Below, piece after piece: positions 9,974 to 23,527 of a stretch of 64,000 bases of DNA. The notes beneath the pieces were generated by a model. That model was not told the origin of the DNA and made no database searches. It saw only the letters and a program-made list of their open reading frames with translations. The first letter of the stretch is position 1. Every line of letters begins with the position of its first letter. The stretch is taken from assembly GCA_963848295.1 (NCBI GenBank), contig CAWKDB010000011.1, forward strand, positions 576,001 to 640,000. The letters are read 5' to 3'. Made by a program: the position numbers and the translations under genes. The stretch is from an uncultured delta proteobacterium (GTDB lineage Bacteria > Myxococcota_A > Polyangia > Haliangiales > Haliangiaceae).

Positions 9974-11251
9974 TCAAACGCGCGGCTTCGTCACGACGAG
10001 GTGCGCTTCTTTGTCCTTGTCGACGTAGCCGAACCGGAAGGGCAGCTTGCGCCGCGGCTGGTCGCGCCAGAGCGTGATGAACGCGTCGTCGTGGCGCGTC
10101 GCCTGCTCGTTCGCGAGGAACGCGCCGTGATAGTGGCCGTAGGTCTCTTGGACCATCCCGGCCTCGGATGCGTACGCCGGTGGGATGCCGGTCGAGTCCG
10201 ACAACATCCACGCGAGGTGATCGAGCATGTAGCCGCGGATCAGCGAGAAGTCGGAGTGCCACAACAGGTAGCTGCCGCCCTTCGTCAGGATCGTGACCTT
10301 GCCCTTCTGCTCGAGGTGACGGATCAGCTGCGGATGCTTCTCCATGTACTCATCGCCGAGGTTCCACGCGATGTGGCGATGGACGCGCACCGTGGTCTCG
10401 CCGATCTTGCGGTACTGGATCTCGACGTTCGCGAACGCGGTCGAGAAGCTCGGCGACTGCCAATCGTGCTTGAGGCCGTGGGCGTGGTGGTCGTGCGCTT
10501 GCTTGTCGAGCGCATCGATCTCGGCTTGCTCCAGGTAGTGGATATCGCCGACTTCGTCGAGCGTGAAGTACCGCATCGACAGCGGCTCGTAGCCACCGGC
10601 GACCAGGCCGAGCAAGAACGAGCTGACCTGGCCCGGAAGATCGTTGCGCTGCTGCGCCGACAGGTTGAGGCTGGTGTTCGAGCCGACCGAGATCAAGCCG
10701 CCGATCTCGGCGCGCAAGGCGCCGAGGCTGCGGTCGAGCGCAGCGGCCGGCAAACCTTCGATCCGGCGCGGATCGCCGGCGAGCTCGAGCGAGATCGTCG
10801 TGATCTCGGTCGCGTCGGGGAACGCGACCAATGCCGAGATCAGGTCGCCGCCGCCGAACGGGTAGACGACGGTCTTCGGCGCGTCTTTCGGCACCACGCC
10901 GTCGAACCACGGCCGACTCGCGACGAAGTACGCGGCGCGGAACTTCTCGATCTGCTCGCGGATCCGCTTGCAGTGGTGATCGACGATCGCTTGCAGCTTC
11001 GGATCGGCGGCGATCCGGTCGGGCAACGGGCCGTCGGCGCACGCCGCGACGCGTTCGAGCAGCCTGGCGTCGGCGATGAACTCGGCGCCGGGCAACGCGG
11101 GTGGTGCAGGCGCCGCGGGGGCGATCGCGGCAGAGCCCGCGGTGATCGCGCGCGGGATCGGGCTCGCGCTACCGGTCTCGGTCCGGGTCGACGCTTGCGA
11201 GCCGTGACAACCGGCGGCGACGAGCCCGGCGAAGACGATTGCGGTTCGCAT
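9974..11251 (-). CDS. Uncharacterised lipoprotein, paralog of 45700-46917 (YPFGGGD motif)
   Basis: Lipobox AAGC; shared motifs VVYPFGGGDL, TTISLE, LPFRFGY. Confidence 0.75.
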   Translation of the reverse strand: MRTAIVFAGLVAAGCHGSQASTRTETGSASPIPRAITAGSAAIAPAAPAPPALPGAEFIADARLLERVAACADGPLPDRIAADPKLQAIVDHHCKRIREQIEKFRAAYFVASRPWFDGVVPKDAPKTVVYPFGGGDLISALVAFPDATEITTISLELAGDPRRIEGLPAAALDRSLGALRAEIGGLISVGSNTSLNLSAQQRNDLPGQVSSFLLGLVAGGYEPLSMRYFTLDEVGDIHYLEQAEIDALDKQAHDHHAHGLKHDWQSPSFSTAFANVEIQYRKIGETTVRVHRHIAWNLGDEYMEKHPQLIRHLEQKGKVTILTKGGSYLLWHSDFSLIRGYMLDHLAWMLSDSTGIPPAYASEAGMVQETYGHYHGAFLANEQATRHDDAFITLWRDQPRRKLPFRFGYVDKDKEAHLVVTKPRV

Positions 11252-11341
11252 GCCGGGTACCAACGCTCCAATCGTGGTCACGATTCCAGGGTACGACGAT
11301 CTCGGCGGGCGACGCGAACTTACGCCCCCCGGCAAACGTCC

Positions 11342-13202
<1,861 letters not shown>

Positions 13203-13250
13203 GGCGGCCCAGACTATAGATCCGCCGTACGGGAAAGCGCAGGCGTTGAC

Positions 13251-13298
13251 GTAAGCGAATCCGCGTCCGCGCGCGGAATCGCTTACAGCTGCGCTTAC
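13251..13298. promoter_or_regulatory. 15-bp inverted repeat (13251-13265 / 13272-13286) plus a third GCTTAC half-site; possible operator
   Basis: GTAAGCGAATCCGCG...CGCGGAATCGCTTAC, 1 mismatch, in a divergent intergenic region. Confidence 0.45.
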
Positions 13299-13336
13299 GG
13301 TTATGACCACGCGGTGGCCTGAGCTAGCCTCGGGGC

Positions 13337-15299
13337 GTGGCGTCCTCGACCGAATGGCTCGACGAGCTAGCAGCGGCGTGGCGCGCCGAGCGGATGGCGG
13401 TGCGCGCGCAGGTCGCGCTCGAGCGATCGGGGCGCTCGCTCGCCGAGCGGGTCGCGCTCGGGATCGCGCTGTCGAGCCTGCGCATCATCGACGAGCGATC
13501 GGCGCCGGGCGATCGCGTGCGCGTCCAGGTCACGGTGCCGGACGCGATCGATCTCGACAACTTACGGATCGCGCCCGGCGATCCAGTCCGGCTGTGGGGC
13601 GAATCGCCCGACGAGCCGTCGTCGGTGCGCGGCATACTCGAGCGCCGCGAAGAGCAGACCCTGTGGCTGATGCTCGATCGCCCGGTCGACGAGCTCGATC
13701 GCGATTACGCGCTCGATCCCGAGACGCCGGAGGTCACGTTCGACCGCGGCGACGCCGCGATCGCGCGCACGAAGGCTGCACTCGCGAACTCGGACCTCGC
13801 GCGGATTCGCGAAGTCTGTCGCGCTCGCCCGTCCGCCCCGCCCGCTCGCGCCGCTGTCGTGGTCGCCGCTCGATGCCGAGCTCGACGACCGCCAGCGCGC
13901 CGCGGTCGACGCCGGCTTGCGCAGCGGCGATGTCGCGCTCGTGCACGGCCCGCCGGGCACCGGCAAGACGCGCACGCTGGTCGAGATCGTGCGGCAACGC
14001 GTCGCGCGCGGGGAGCGCGTGTTGTGCGTCGCGCCCTCGAACACCGCGGTCGACAACCTCGGCCTCCGCCTCGCGGCCGCCGGCACCCACGCCGTTCGGC
14101 TCGGTCACGCGGCACGGGTCGCGCCCGCGCTCGTCGAGCTCACGCTCGAAGCCCAGCTCGAAGCCTACGGCGCCACCGAGCTCGCTCGCGAGTGGCGCGA
14201 TCGCGCCGGCACGCTGCGCAGGGCCGCACTCGGCAAGTCCGCGGCAGCCGCGCGCGAGCTGTGGACCGAAGCCCGCGCCCTCGATCGCGATGCCGCACGC
14301 GAGCTCGCGAACGCGGAGCGCGCGATCCTCGACCGCGCCGAGGTCGTGCTCGCGACGTGCGTCGGGGCGGACCATCCGCTGCTGCGCGAGGCGAGCGAGG
14401 ACCACGATGGCGACGCGATGTTCGATTGCGTCGTGATCGACGAGGCGACCCAGGCGCCCGATCCGTTGCTGCTCGTCGCGCTGGGCCGCGGCAAGGTCGG
14501 TGTGCTCGCGGGCGATCCGTTGCAACTCGGCCCGGTCATCACCGGCGGCCCATCGGTCGAGGCCGTGCTCGGCACCACGGTGTTCGAGCGCCTGATCGCG
14601 AGCGGGGTCGCCGGCAACATGCTCGAGCAGCAGTACCGGATGCACGAGCAGATCATGACGTTCCCGTCGCGCTCGATGTACGCAGGCCGGCTGCGCGCCG
14701 CGCCCGAGGTCGCCGACCATAGACTCGAGCAACTGGGCGCGCTACCCGACGCCGCGCGACCGCGACCGCTGTGGCTGGTCGATACCGCGGGCAAGGACTG
14801 GCTCGAAGAACGCACCGACTTCGAGCCCGGCGGCTCGCTGACCGGCTCGCCCGCGTACCAGGTCGATCCGAGCACGTTCAACACCGGCAACGCGCTGCGC
14901 ACCGCGGCCGAAGCGCGCCGGTTGCTGTCGCGCGGGATCGCGCCCACCGATCTCGCGATCATCGCCGCGTACTCGGCGCAGGCCCGCCGGCTGCGCGAGA
15001 TCCTCAAGGTCGAACGCGCCGCCGGCGTCGAGGTCGGCACGGTCGACGGCTTTCAAGGGCGCGAGAAAGAGGCCGTGATCGTCGATCTCGTGCGCAGCAA
15101 CCTGTCGGGTGAGCTCGGGTTTCTCGCGAACACCCGGCGGATGAACGTCGCGTTGACCCGCGCGCGCCGGTTCCTGCTCGTCATCGCGGACTCGGCGACG
15201 CTCGGCGCGAACCCTTATTACGCGGAGCTGATCTCGTATCTCGATTCGATCGATGCGCACGGGAGCGCGTGGAGCGACGACGCCGAGCCCTTGCGATGA
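13337..15299 (+). CDS. SF1 helicase, Upf1/IGHMBP2 (DNA2/NAM7)-like; frameshift near 13820
   Basis: GPPGTGKT, APSNTAVDN, VIDEATQ, GDPLQL, QYRM, VDGFQGREKE, NVALTRAR. Confidence 0.9.
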
Positions 15300-15832
15300 C
15301 TTCGCAGATCTGCGATCACCGGATCGTGACCGCAATTCGAATCACCTTACTCGCCGTTCTCGTCGCGTGTGTGCCCGCGTGCGAGAAGACCGACGACACC
15401 CAGGTCTTGATCGACGAAGCGCACGACCTCGCCCATCACTCCACGCCAGAGCTCGACCACCTCGAGCACCGGGCGCGAGACATCGACCGGGCGTATTCCC
15501 ACGACGGTGCGTCGGGCCGACTGCTCGCCCAGGCGCGCGAAACGCTCGCGCGCTTGCGCGCGATCGAGACCGCGCTCGACCGCGTCGGCGCCGGTGGTCA
15601 CGAAGCCGAGAAGCCCGGCGGCCAGGCCGAGACGGATGCGAGCGCGATCGCCGCGCTCGTCGACGATGCCCGAACCAAGCTCGACGAGGGGATCGCCGAG
15701 GTCGGCGGCGATCTCGATTCGGTCGAGTCCGCCGGCGACGCGGCGCGGCGCGAGAGCATGACCCAACCGGCACCGAGCGCGATCAGCGCGACTCCCGGCG
15801 CGGACCCGACGCCCGCCTCGCCTGGCGAGTAG
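15296..15832 (+). CDS. Hypothetical helical lipoprotein/secreted protein (start 15296 or GTG 15326)
   Basis: Hydrophobic signal LLAVLVACVPAC; ATGA overlap with the helicase stop. Confidence 0.55.
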   Translation: MTSQICDHRIVTAIRITLLAVLVACVPACEKTDDTQVLIDEAHDLAHHSTPELDHLEHRARDIDRAYSHDGASGRLLAQARETLARLRAIETALDRVGAGGHEAEKPGGQAETDASAIAALVDDARTKLDEGIAEVGGDLDSVESAGDAARRESMTQPAPSAISATPGADPTPASPGE

Positions 15833-15847
15833 GCTACACTTGGCGGG

Positions 15848-17343
<1,496 letters not shown>

Positions 17344-17347
<4 letters not shown>

Positions 17348-17775
17348 TCGCCCCCGGCCAGATGCCGCCGCTCCGCGTGGTCCGGCTGCGCAGGCTTGCC
17401 TACATTCGCGTGCGCCGGCGCGGCCCGCGCCGGATGAAATCTCCGGTCATCGCGATCGGCGTGCGCGACACTGAGCCAACACATGGAACGAGGCAGCGCA
17501 CGCTGGCGAGTGGGGAGGTGAGCTTCGATCACGGCCCCGCCGAGTTTCCGATCGCGACCCTGCGGCCGCGCGCACCGATCGCGACGCTGACCGCGTGGGG
17601 CGGCGATCTCCAGCGCTGGCTCGGCAAACGCGTCGCGTTCCTGCGGGCGCGCACGATTCCGTTGATCGTCGCGGTGGTCGGCATGATCGCGACCAGCGCG
17701 GCCGGGCAGTATCTGCAGCGGGCTCAGGCGCGCGACGTCCCCGCCACCTGGACCTCGACCCTCGACACGCGCTGA
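17344..17775 (+). CDS. Hypothetical single-TM protein
   Basis: GTGA overlap with the upstream stop; C-terminal hydrophobic helix. Confidence 0.4.
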
Positions 17776-17811
17776 CCGGATCGACGCAGCGAACCGGTAT
17801 AGGCTCCGCGC

Positions 17812-18636
17812 ATGACCGTGCGTGTCGTTCATCATATCAACTGCCTGACGATGTGTCCGGTTGCCGGACGGTTGCTGGGCTTGCCGCCCGGACCTTCCGG
17901 CCAGGCGCGGATGGTGGCCCACTGCCTCGTGATCGAGACCGAGCGCGATGGCCTCGTGCTGGTCGACACCGGATTCGGTACGCGCGACCTCGAAGGCAAG
18001 ACCGGCGTGCCTCGCGCGTTCCTCGCGATCGTGCGGCCCGCCATGGATCCGGCCGAGCCCGCGATCGCGCAGATCAGCGCGCTCGGCTATCACGCGTCCG
18101 ACGTGCGCCACGTCGTCGTCACTCACCTCGACGTCGATCATGCGGGCGGCATCGGCGACTTCCCCGCGGCGCGCGTCCACTTGCACGCGCGCGAACATGC
18201 CGCCGCGATCGCTCCCGCGACCCTGCGCGAACGCGAGCGCTACATCCCGGCGCACTGGTCACACGGTCCCCACTGGGAGGTCTACAGCGAGAACGGCGAC
18301 ACCTGGCGCGGCCTGCCCGCGATCGCGCGGCTGCGCGGCATCGACGCCGACATCGGCCTCTTGCCCATGCACGGCCACACGCGCGGCCACTCGGCCGTGA
18401 TCGTGCGCGAGCGAGAGCGCTGGCTCGTCCATGCCGGCGACGCTTACTTCCATCACAACATGCTCGCGGGTCATCGCACACCGTTCGGGCTCGCCGCGTT
18501 CGAGACCCTGGTGCAGATCGATCCGAACGCGCGCAAGGCGTCCGCCGCCGCGCTGCGCGAGCTGCACACCAAGTACGACGACCTAGACGTGTTCTGCGCG
18601 CACGACCCGGTCGAGTACGAGGCGTTTCACAGCTGA
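17812..18636 (+). CDS. MBL-fold metallo-hydrolase (AHL-lactonase-like subgroup)
   Basis: THLDVDHAGG, GHTRGH, AGDA, CAHD. Confidence 0.88.
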   Translation: MTVRVVHHINCLTMCPVAGRLLGLPPGPSGQARMVAHCLVIETERDGLVLVDTGFGTRDLEGKTGVPRAFLAIVRPAMDPAEPAIAQISALGYHASDVRHVVVTHLDVDHAGGIGDFPAARVHLHAREHAAAIAPATLRERERYIPAHWSHGPHWEVYSENGDTWRGLPAIARLRGIDADIGLLPMHGHTRGHSAVIVRERERWLVHAGDAYFHHNMLAGHRTPFGLAAFETLVQIDPNARKASAAALRELHTKYDDLDVFCAHDPVEYEAFHS

Positions 18637-19371
18637 TCAGTTGCCGACGACCGTGACGTACGTGATCGTGCCGGCGGCGAGCGGAACCGCACCGCCGCCG
18701 ATGCCACCCGCGCCGCCGATCGTCACGTTCGTCGTGCCGCCGAGCGGCAGCGTGATGTTCGGGAAGAACACGTCGACCCCGGTCGCGCCCGCGGCCCAGG
18801 TCGTGCCGTCGAATGCCTGCGCGGCGAGCGAGGTCGCGTCGATCGAGATCGGGCTCTGCGTGCCCTCGACGTGAACGAACAGCTGGCCCATCGCCTGATC
18901 GAACGTCGCGCTGAAGCTCGCGTAGAACGTCGTCTCGCGCGAGGTCTCCATCGAGCGCGAGCTGAACAGCTTGTTCGTCGCGATCACCGCCCGATTCGCG
19001 ATCGCGATCCCGGGGATCGCATACGTGCCCATGTCGACCGTGCATTGCGACGCATCGGTCGGCTCGACGATGTCGACCTGGGTCTCGCCGGGATTCAGGC
19101 ACAGCTCGAACCGACCGTTCGGGTTCGTGCTGTCGGTCGTCGTATCGCCGTGGACCGTCCAGTGCGCGCCGAAGATCCCGCAGAACCCAGCGCCATCGTT
19201 CGAGTCCCAGTCGACGAACTCGCCAGTGAAGAACGTCTGGCCGGCGGCGCAGCGACCGGCGTCGATCGGCACGTCGGGCGTCGCGTCGATCGCGGCGTCG
19301 TGCTGCTTGACGCCGTCGTCGCCGCACGCACCTGCCGCGAATACGAGCGCGAGCAACGCGCAGCACTTCAT
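18637..19371 (-). CDS. Hypothetical lipoprotein
   Basis: Lipobox AGAC followed by a GDD/DAAID linker. Confidence 0.7.
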   Translation of the reverse strand: MKCCALLALVFAAGACGDDGVKQHDAAIDATPDVPIDAGRCAAGQTFFTGEFVDWDSNDGAGFCGIFGAHWTVHGDTTTDSTNPNGRFELCLNPGETQVDIVEPTDASQCTVDMGTYAIPGIAIANRAVIATNKLFSSRSMETSRETTFYASFSATFDQAMGQLFVHVEGTQSPISIDATSLAAQAFDGTTWAAGATGVDVFFPNITLPLGGTTNVTIGGAGGIGGGAVPLAAGTITYVTVVGN

Positions 19372-19383
19372 ACCGGCAAGTTA

Positions 19384-21639
19384 TCACCTCTTCGTCATGG
19401 CGGGAGTCGCGCCCGACGCCGCCGGCGGCGCCGATGTCGGCTTCGTCACGTCGTCGAGCGTGAGCTCCGCGAGCGCGTCCTGGAACTGGACGCGGACCAG
19501 CATCGCCTTCTCTTCGGTGTCGACCACCGCGATCGTCGTCTTCTGCACGCGGTCCGAGATGTCGCGCATCTTGTCCTTGAGATGCGCCATCAGATCGCCG
19601 CCGGTCTTGACCGCTTGCAGCGAGAAGATCTGACCGTGCAGCTCGTCCATCCGCTCGCGGTAATCCGACAGCCGGCGCCGCAGGCTGGTCTGCTGCTCGC
19701 CGAGGTCGACGAGCGACTTGTGGAAGCCGAGCAGCTTCTTGAGCTGGTCGCGGAGCTCGACCGACGCCTCGGGTGCCTCGACGTAGAGCTTCATCATCTC
19801 GAGCGAGGCGTTCGCGTTGAGATCGAGGGTGCGCTGCATCGGCGTCGCCTCTTCGATCCGCACGCTCTTGACTTCGCCCGGCTGCAAGTCGACCTCGAAC
19901 AGGCGCGCGTCGCCGACGCGCTCGAACTTCGGCGGCGCATCGACGAGCGTCCAGCCCTTGCTCATCGTGTGGCGGATGTAGACGCGCGCGGGTTGCGGCA
20001 AGCGGTTCGTCAGGCTCAACGTCTCGCGCCGGATGTGCTGGACCTCGGCGGTCAGCACCCCGCGCTCGAGCGTGACGAGCTTCGCGATCTTGTCGTCCTC
20101 GCTGTCTTGGCGGTCGACCACGACCTGGCGATCGAGCGCGAACGGTACGACCGCCGACGATTTCGGCGCGATCGGTTCGGTCAGGCCTTCGCCGATGAAC
20201 CGCTCGTTGCCGTAGACCGTGACCGGCCCGGTCTCGAGCGTCGAGTCGGTCGGGTTGCGGAACCGAACCGCCCGGAACGCGAAGTGAGCGTTGCCGCGCT
20301 CGCTCTCGGCGTCGTACAGGTACACGACCTCGCCGTCGGTCTCGCCGCGGACCATCGACACCATCGCCGACGAGTCCTTCGCCACCGTCATCGGCTGGGT
20401 GCTCGCGAAGTGGCTCTCGCCCACCGGCTCGGTGTCGCTGTCGTCGACCTTGGCGATCTGTCCCTGCTGCTCCGCCGGCGCCGCTTCGGCGACGAGCCGG
20501 ACGTGCGCCGGGGTGTTGGCCTCGAGCTTCTTGACGATCTTGATCCGCGCCGGCGGCACGCCTTCGTCGATCAGCTGGTTGCGGACCAGGTTCGCGCGGT
20601 CGTCCGCGATCTCTTTCGCCTGCGGGCCATTCGCGTCGGCGAAGCTCTCGATCACGATCGTCTTGTTCGAGTGCACGATGCTCGGCGCGATCGACCTCAT
20701 CTTCGCGTCACCGGTCGCGACGCGCGTATCGACCTTGGCCTTGCGGGTGTGCTCGCGATGCCCGGCGCTCTTCGCCACGGTGGTTTCATCACGGTCGCCG
20801 TCACTGTCATCGTCGCCACCGTCGGAAGACTCCGCGCGTGGTGCGGATCGCATCCCCCCGGCGTTGGCCGATGGCGGAGCCGCCTGGATCGACGCGACCA
20901 CGTCGCCGGCCCCGGTCGTCCCCGCGACGGGCACGCCCAGGCTCGGGTTCGGATGGCCCGCCGGGCGGCGGATCTCGTCGTCGCCGATGTCGGTCAGCAA
21001 CTGTTCGCCGGCACCGTTGGCCTCCATCGTCGTGCCTTGCTGATACGGCGACATGCCACTCGGCGGCGCGAGCGCGAACTTCTCCTCGGACTGGAGCGTC
21101 GCGCGTTGGACCTGGCGCACGCTCCACAAGTCGTACTTGAACGACAGCGCGGACGACGACCCGACGCCGACCATCACGCCCTTCCAGTCCTCGCCCGAGG
21201 TGTTGTCGACGATCGCCCAGCCTTCGAGCATCACCTTGCCCTTGTCGCCGACCACGACCCGATAGCTCGGCTTCCACGCCGGCGCCTCGGTCACGTAGGT
21301 CATCACGACGTCGGCCTTGGCCTTCGTCGGCAACTGCAGCTTCATCACGAGCGACGCGCCGTCCTCGGTGCGATCGCGCGGGATCGCGATCGCGAGCGGC
21401 TGTTTCGTGTTCGCATCGACCACGGTCAGCGACTTCAGAAAATCATCGACCCGTTCGCGCGGCACGCGGATCGTCAGCACGCCGTCGGTGACCGTCGCGC
21501 GGCGCTCGTAGAACGCGACGCCGTTGCGATAGACGACGACGCGACCGAGCGCGACCTTATCGACGCTGACGTAGCTGCCACTCGCGCCGCACGCAGACAA
21601 CGCGGCAGCCATGAGAATTCCCGCGAGACTCTTCTTCAT
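19384..21639 (-). CDS. DUF4139 domain lipoprotein with an OmpA-like insert
   Basis: VVVYRNGVAFYER, WKPSYR, WAIVDNTSGEDW, LETGPVTVY; lipobox LSAC. Confidence 0.8.
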   Translation of the reverse strand: MKKSLAGILMAAALSACGASGSYVSVDKVALGRVVVYRNGVAFYERRATVTDGVLTIRVPRERVDDFLKSLTVVDANTKQPLAIAIPRDRTEDGASLVMKLQLPTKAKADVVMTYVTEAPAWKPSYRVVVGDKGKVMLEGWAIVDNTSGEDWKGVMVGVGSSSALSFKYDLWSVRQVQRATLQSEEKFALAPPSGMSPYQQGTTMEANGAGEQLLTDIGDDEIRRPAGHPNPSLGVPVAGTTGAGDVVASIQAAPPSANAGGMRSAPRAESSDGGDDDSDGDRDETTVAKSAGHREHTRKAKVDTRVATGDAKMRSIAPSIVHSNKTIVIESFADANGPQAKEIADDRANLVRNQLIDEGVPPARIKIVKKLEANTPAHVRLVAEAAPAEQQGQIAKVDDSDTEPVGESHFASTQPMTVAKDSSAMVSMVRGETDGEVVYLYDAESERGNAHFAFRAVRFRNPTDSTLETGPVTVYGNERFIGEGLTEPIAPKSSAVVPFALDRQVVVDRQDSEDDKIAKLVTLERGVLTAEVQHIRRETLSLTNRLPQPARVYIRHTMSKGWTLVDAPPKFERVGDARLFEVDLQPGEVKSVRIEEATPMQRTLDLNANASLEMMKLYVEAPEASVELRDQLKKLLGFHKSLVDLGEQQTSLRRRLSDYRERMDELHGQIFSLQAVKTGGDLMAHLKDKMRDISDRVQKTTIAVVDTEEKAMLVRVQFQDALAELTLDDVTKPTSAPPAASGATPAMTKR

Positions 21640-21714
21640 CTCGGCGCAAACGCATGGCCGCGGCTCGCGATCTACGAATTCGGGAACCGATCAAAGATCG
21701 CGGCGTCGCCGGTG

Positions 21715-22623
21715 TCAGCCGCGGCGCGCGCGCTTGCGCTCTTCGAGCTCTTCCAAGGTCTTCGGCCAATCCTCTTTGAGTAGCCGCGACAGCGAGCGAT
21801 CGGCGAGCAACCTGCCTTCGGTCTGGCACGTCGGACAGTAGTTCGCCTCGTTGTCGGCGTAGACGATGCGCTGGACCTTGGTGCCGCACACCGGGCACGG
21901 CTGCCCGTACTTGCCGTGCACCGCCATCTCCGGGCGAAACGCGGTGACCTTGTCGGGGAACCCGTCGCCGACGTCGCGGCGCAGCCGGTCGGTCCACAGC
22001 TCGAGCTGCGAGACGCACGCGGCGTGGAGCCGCTCGATCTCGGCGGGCTCGAGCGCGGTGGTGAGTCGGAACGGCGACAGCTTCGCCGCGTGGAGGATCT
22101 CGTCGGAGTACGCGTTGCCGATGCCGTCGAACAGCGTCGGATCGGTCAGCGAGCGCTTGACCGTATGGCGCTCGCTCGTGAGGCGCTCGGAAAACTCGGC
22201 GGCCGTCGCGGTGAACACGTCGAGGCCGCCGCGGTCGAACTCGGCGAGCGCCGCGCGGCCGGCCACGACATGCAGCGATGCGCGCTTCTTGCCGCTCGCC
22301 TCGGTGAACACGAGCGTGCCGGTCGGGAAGTCGAAGCCGGCGAGCGCGAGCTTGCCCGGCAGCTTCGCCTTCGGCTCCTTCCAGCGCAGCCGGCCGGCGA
22401 TCATCAAGTGGATCACGATGTAGCGTTGGTCGCTGACGCCGATCGCGATCCGCTTGCCGATCCGCTCGACGCTCTCGACCTTCGCACCGATCAGGTCCTT
22501 CGGCGCTGGCGACACCGTGCGCAGCACGAACGGGCTCGCGATCCGGATGCCTTCGATCGGCTGGCCGATCGTCAGTGCGCGCAGGCGCTCGACGTAGACC
22601 GTGACGTCCGGTAGCTCGGGCAC
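21715..22623 (-). CDS. Fpg/Nei family DNA glycosylase/AP lyase
   Basis: MPELPDV N-terminus, [19 protein letters not shown]...CPTCQ zinc finger. Confidence 0.92.
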   Translation of the reverse strand: MPELPDVTVYVERLRALTIGQPIEGIRIASPFVLRTVSPAPKDLIGAKVESVERIGKRIAIGVSDQRYIVIHLMIAGRLRWKEPKAKLPGKLALAGFDFPTGTLVFTEASGKKRASLHVVAGRAALAEFDRGGLDVFTATAAEFSERLTSERHTVKRSLTDPTLFDGIGNAYSDEILHAAKLSPFRLTTALEPAEIERLHAACVSQLELWTDRLRRDVGDGFPDKVTAFRPEMAVHGKYGQPCPVCGTKVQRIVYADNEANYCPTCQTEGRLLADRSLSRLLKEDWPKTLEELEERKRARRG

Positions 22624-22630
22624 GCGCTCG

Positions 22631-23507
22631 TCATTTCTTTTTCGACGCGGTCTTCTTCTTCGGCGCCGCGTCTTCCGCCGCGACCTCGCCCTTCGACTCC
22701 GCCGCGATCGCCGGCTTGCGATCGGCGTCGCCCTTGGTCATGCCGAGGCTCGCCTTCAACGCCTCCATCAGATCGATGACCTTGCCGGCCGGAGCCTCGG
22801 GCGCGATCGTGATCTCCTGACCTTCGACCTTCTTGTTGATCAGCTCCATCATCCGAGCGCTGACCTCGTCCTTGTACTTCGCGGGCGAATACGTCTCGTG
22901 CGCGATCTGCTCGATGATCTGCTTCGCGAGCGCGATCTCCGCGGGCTTGCTCTCGGGCAGCTCGGGAATCGGCACCTCGGACCACGGCTTGATCTCTTCG
23001 TTGTAGCGCAGCTGGTGCAGGATCAGCCCGTTGTTGAACGGCCGGACGCTCGTGATGTATTGCTTGCCGCGCGCCGAGTACGACGCGATGCCGACGAGCC
23101 CGGTCTCGAGCATCGCGTCGTGCAGTAGCTTGTACGCGCGCTCGCCGCCCTTCTCCGGGCCGAGGTAGTAGCTCTTCTCGACCAGCATCGGATCGACCGA
23201 GGTCGCCGGCACGAACTCCTCGAGCTGCGATCGTCTGGGTCGCGACCGCGTCGAGCGCCTTGAGCTCCTCGCCCGACAGCACGACGTATTGGCCCTTCGC
23301 GTACTCGAAGCCTTTGACCGTGTGATCGCGATCGACAACCTCGCCGCACTTGGTACAGATGTACTGTTGCTTGAGACGCGCCCCATCGGCGTCGTGCAGC
23401 ATGTTGAAATGGATGTCGCCGGCCGATTCGTTCGTGGTGAACAGCTTGGTCGGAATCGACACCAGGCCAAACGAGATCGTCGCGGTCGCGATCGAGCGTG
23501 CGGGCAT
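22631..23507 (-). CDS. ku: NHEJ Ku protein; frameshift near 23230
   Basis: [37 protein letters not shown], basic tail. Confidence 0.9.
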
Positions 23508-23527
23508 GATCGAAATTGTACCGGGCG

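Noticed and set aside
13337..15299. Helicase as part of an anti-phage system
   Set aside because: No partner nuclease or defence-island context; genome-typical composition
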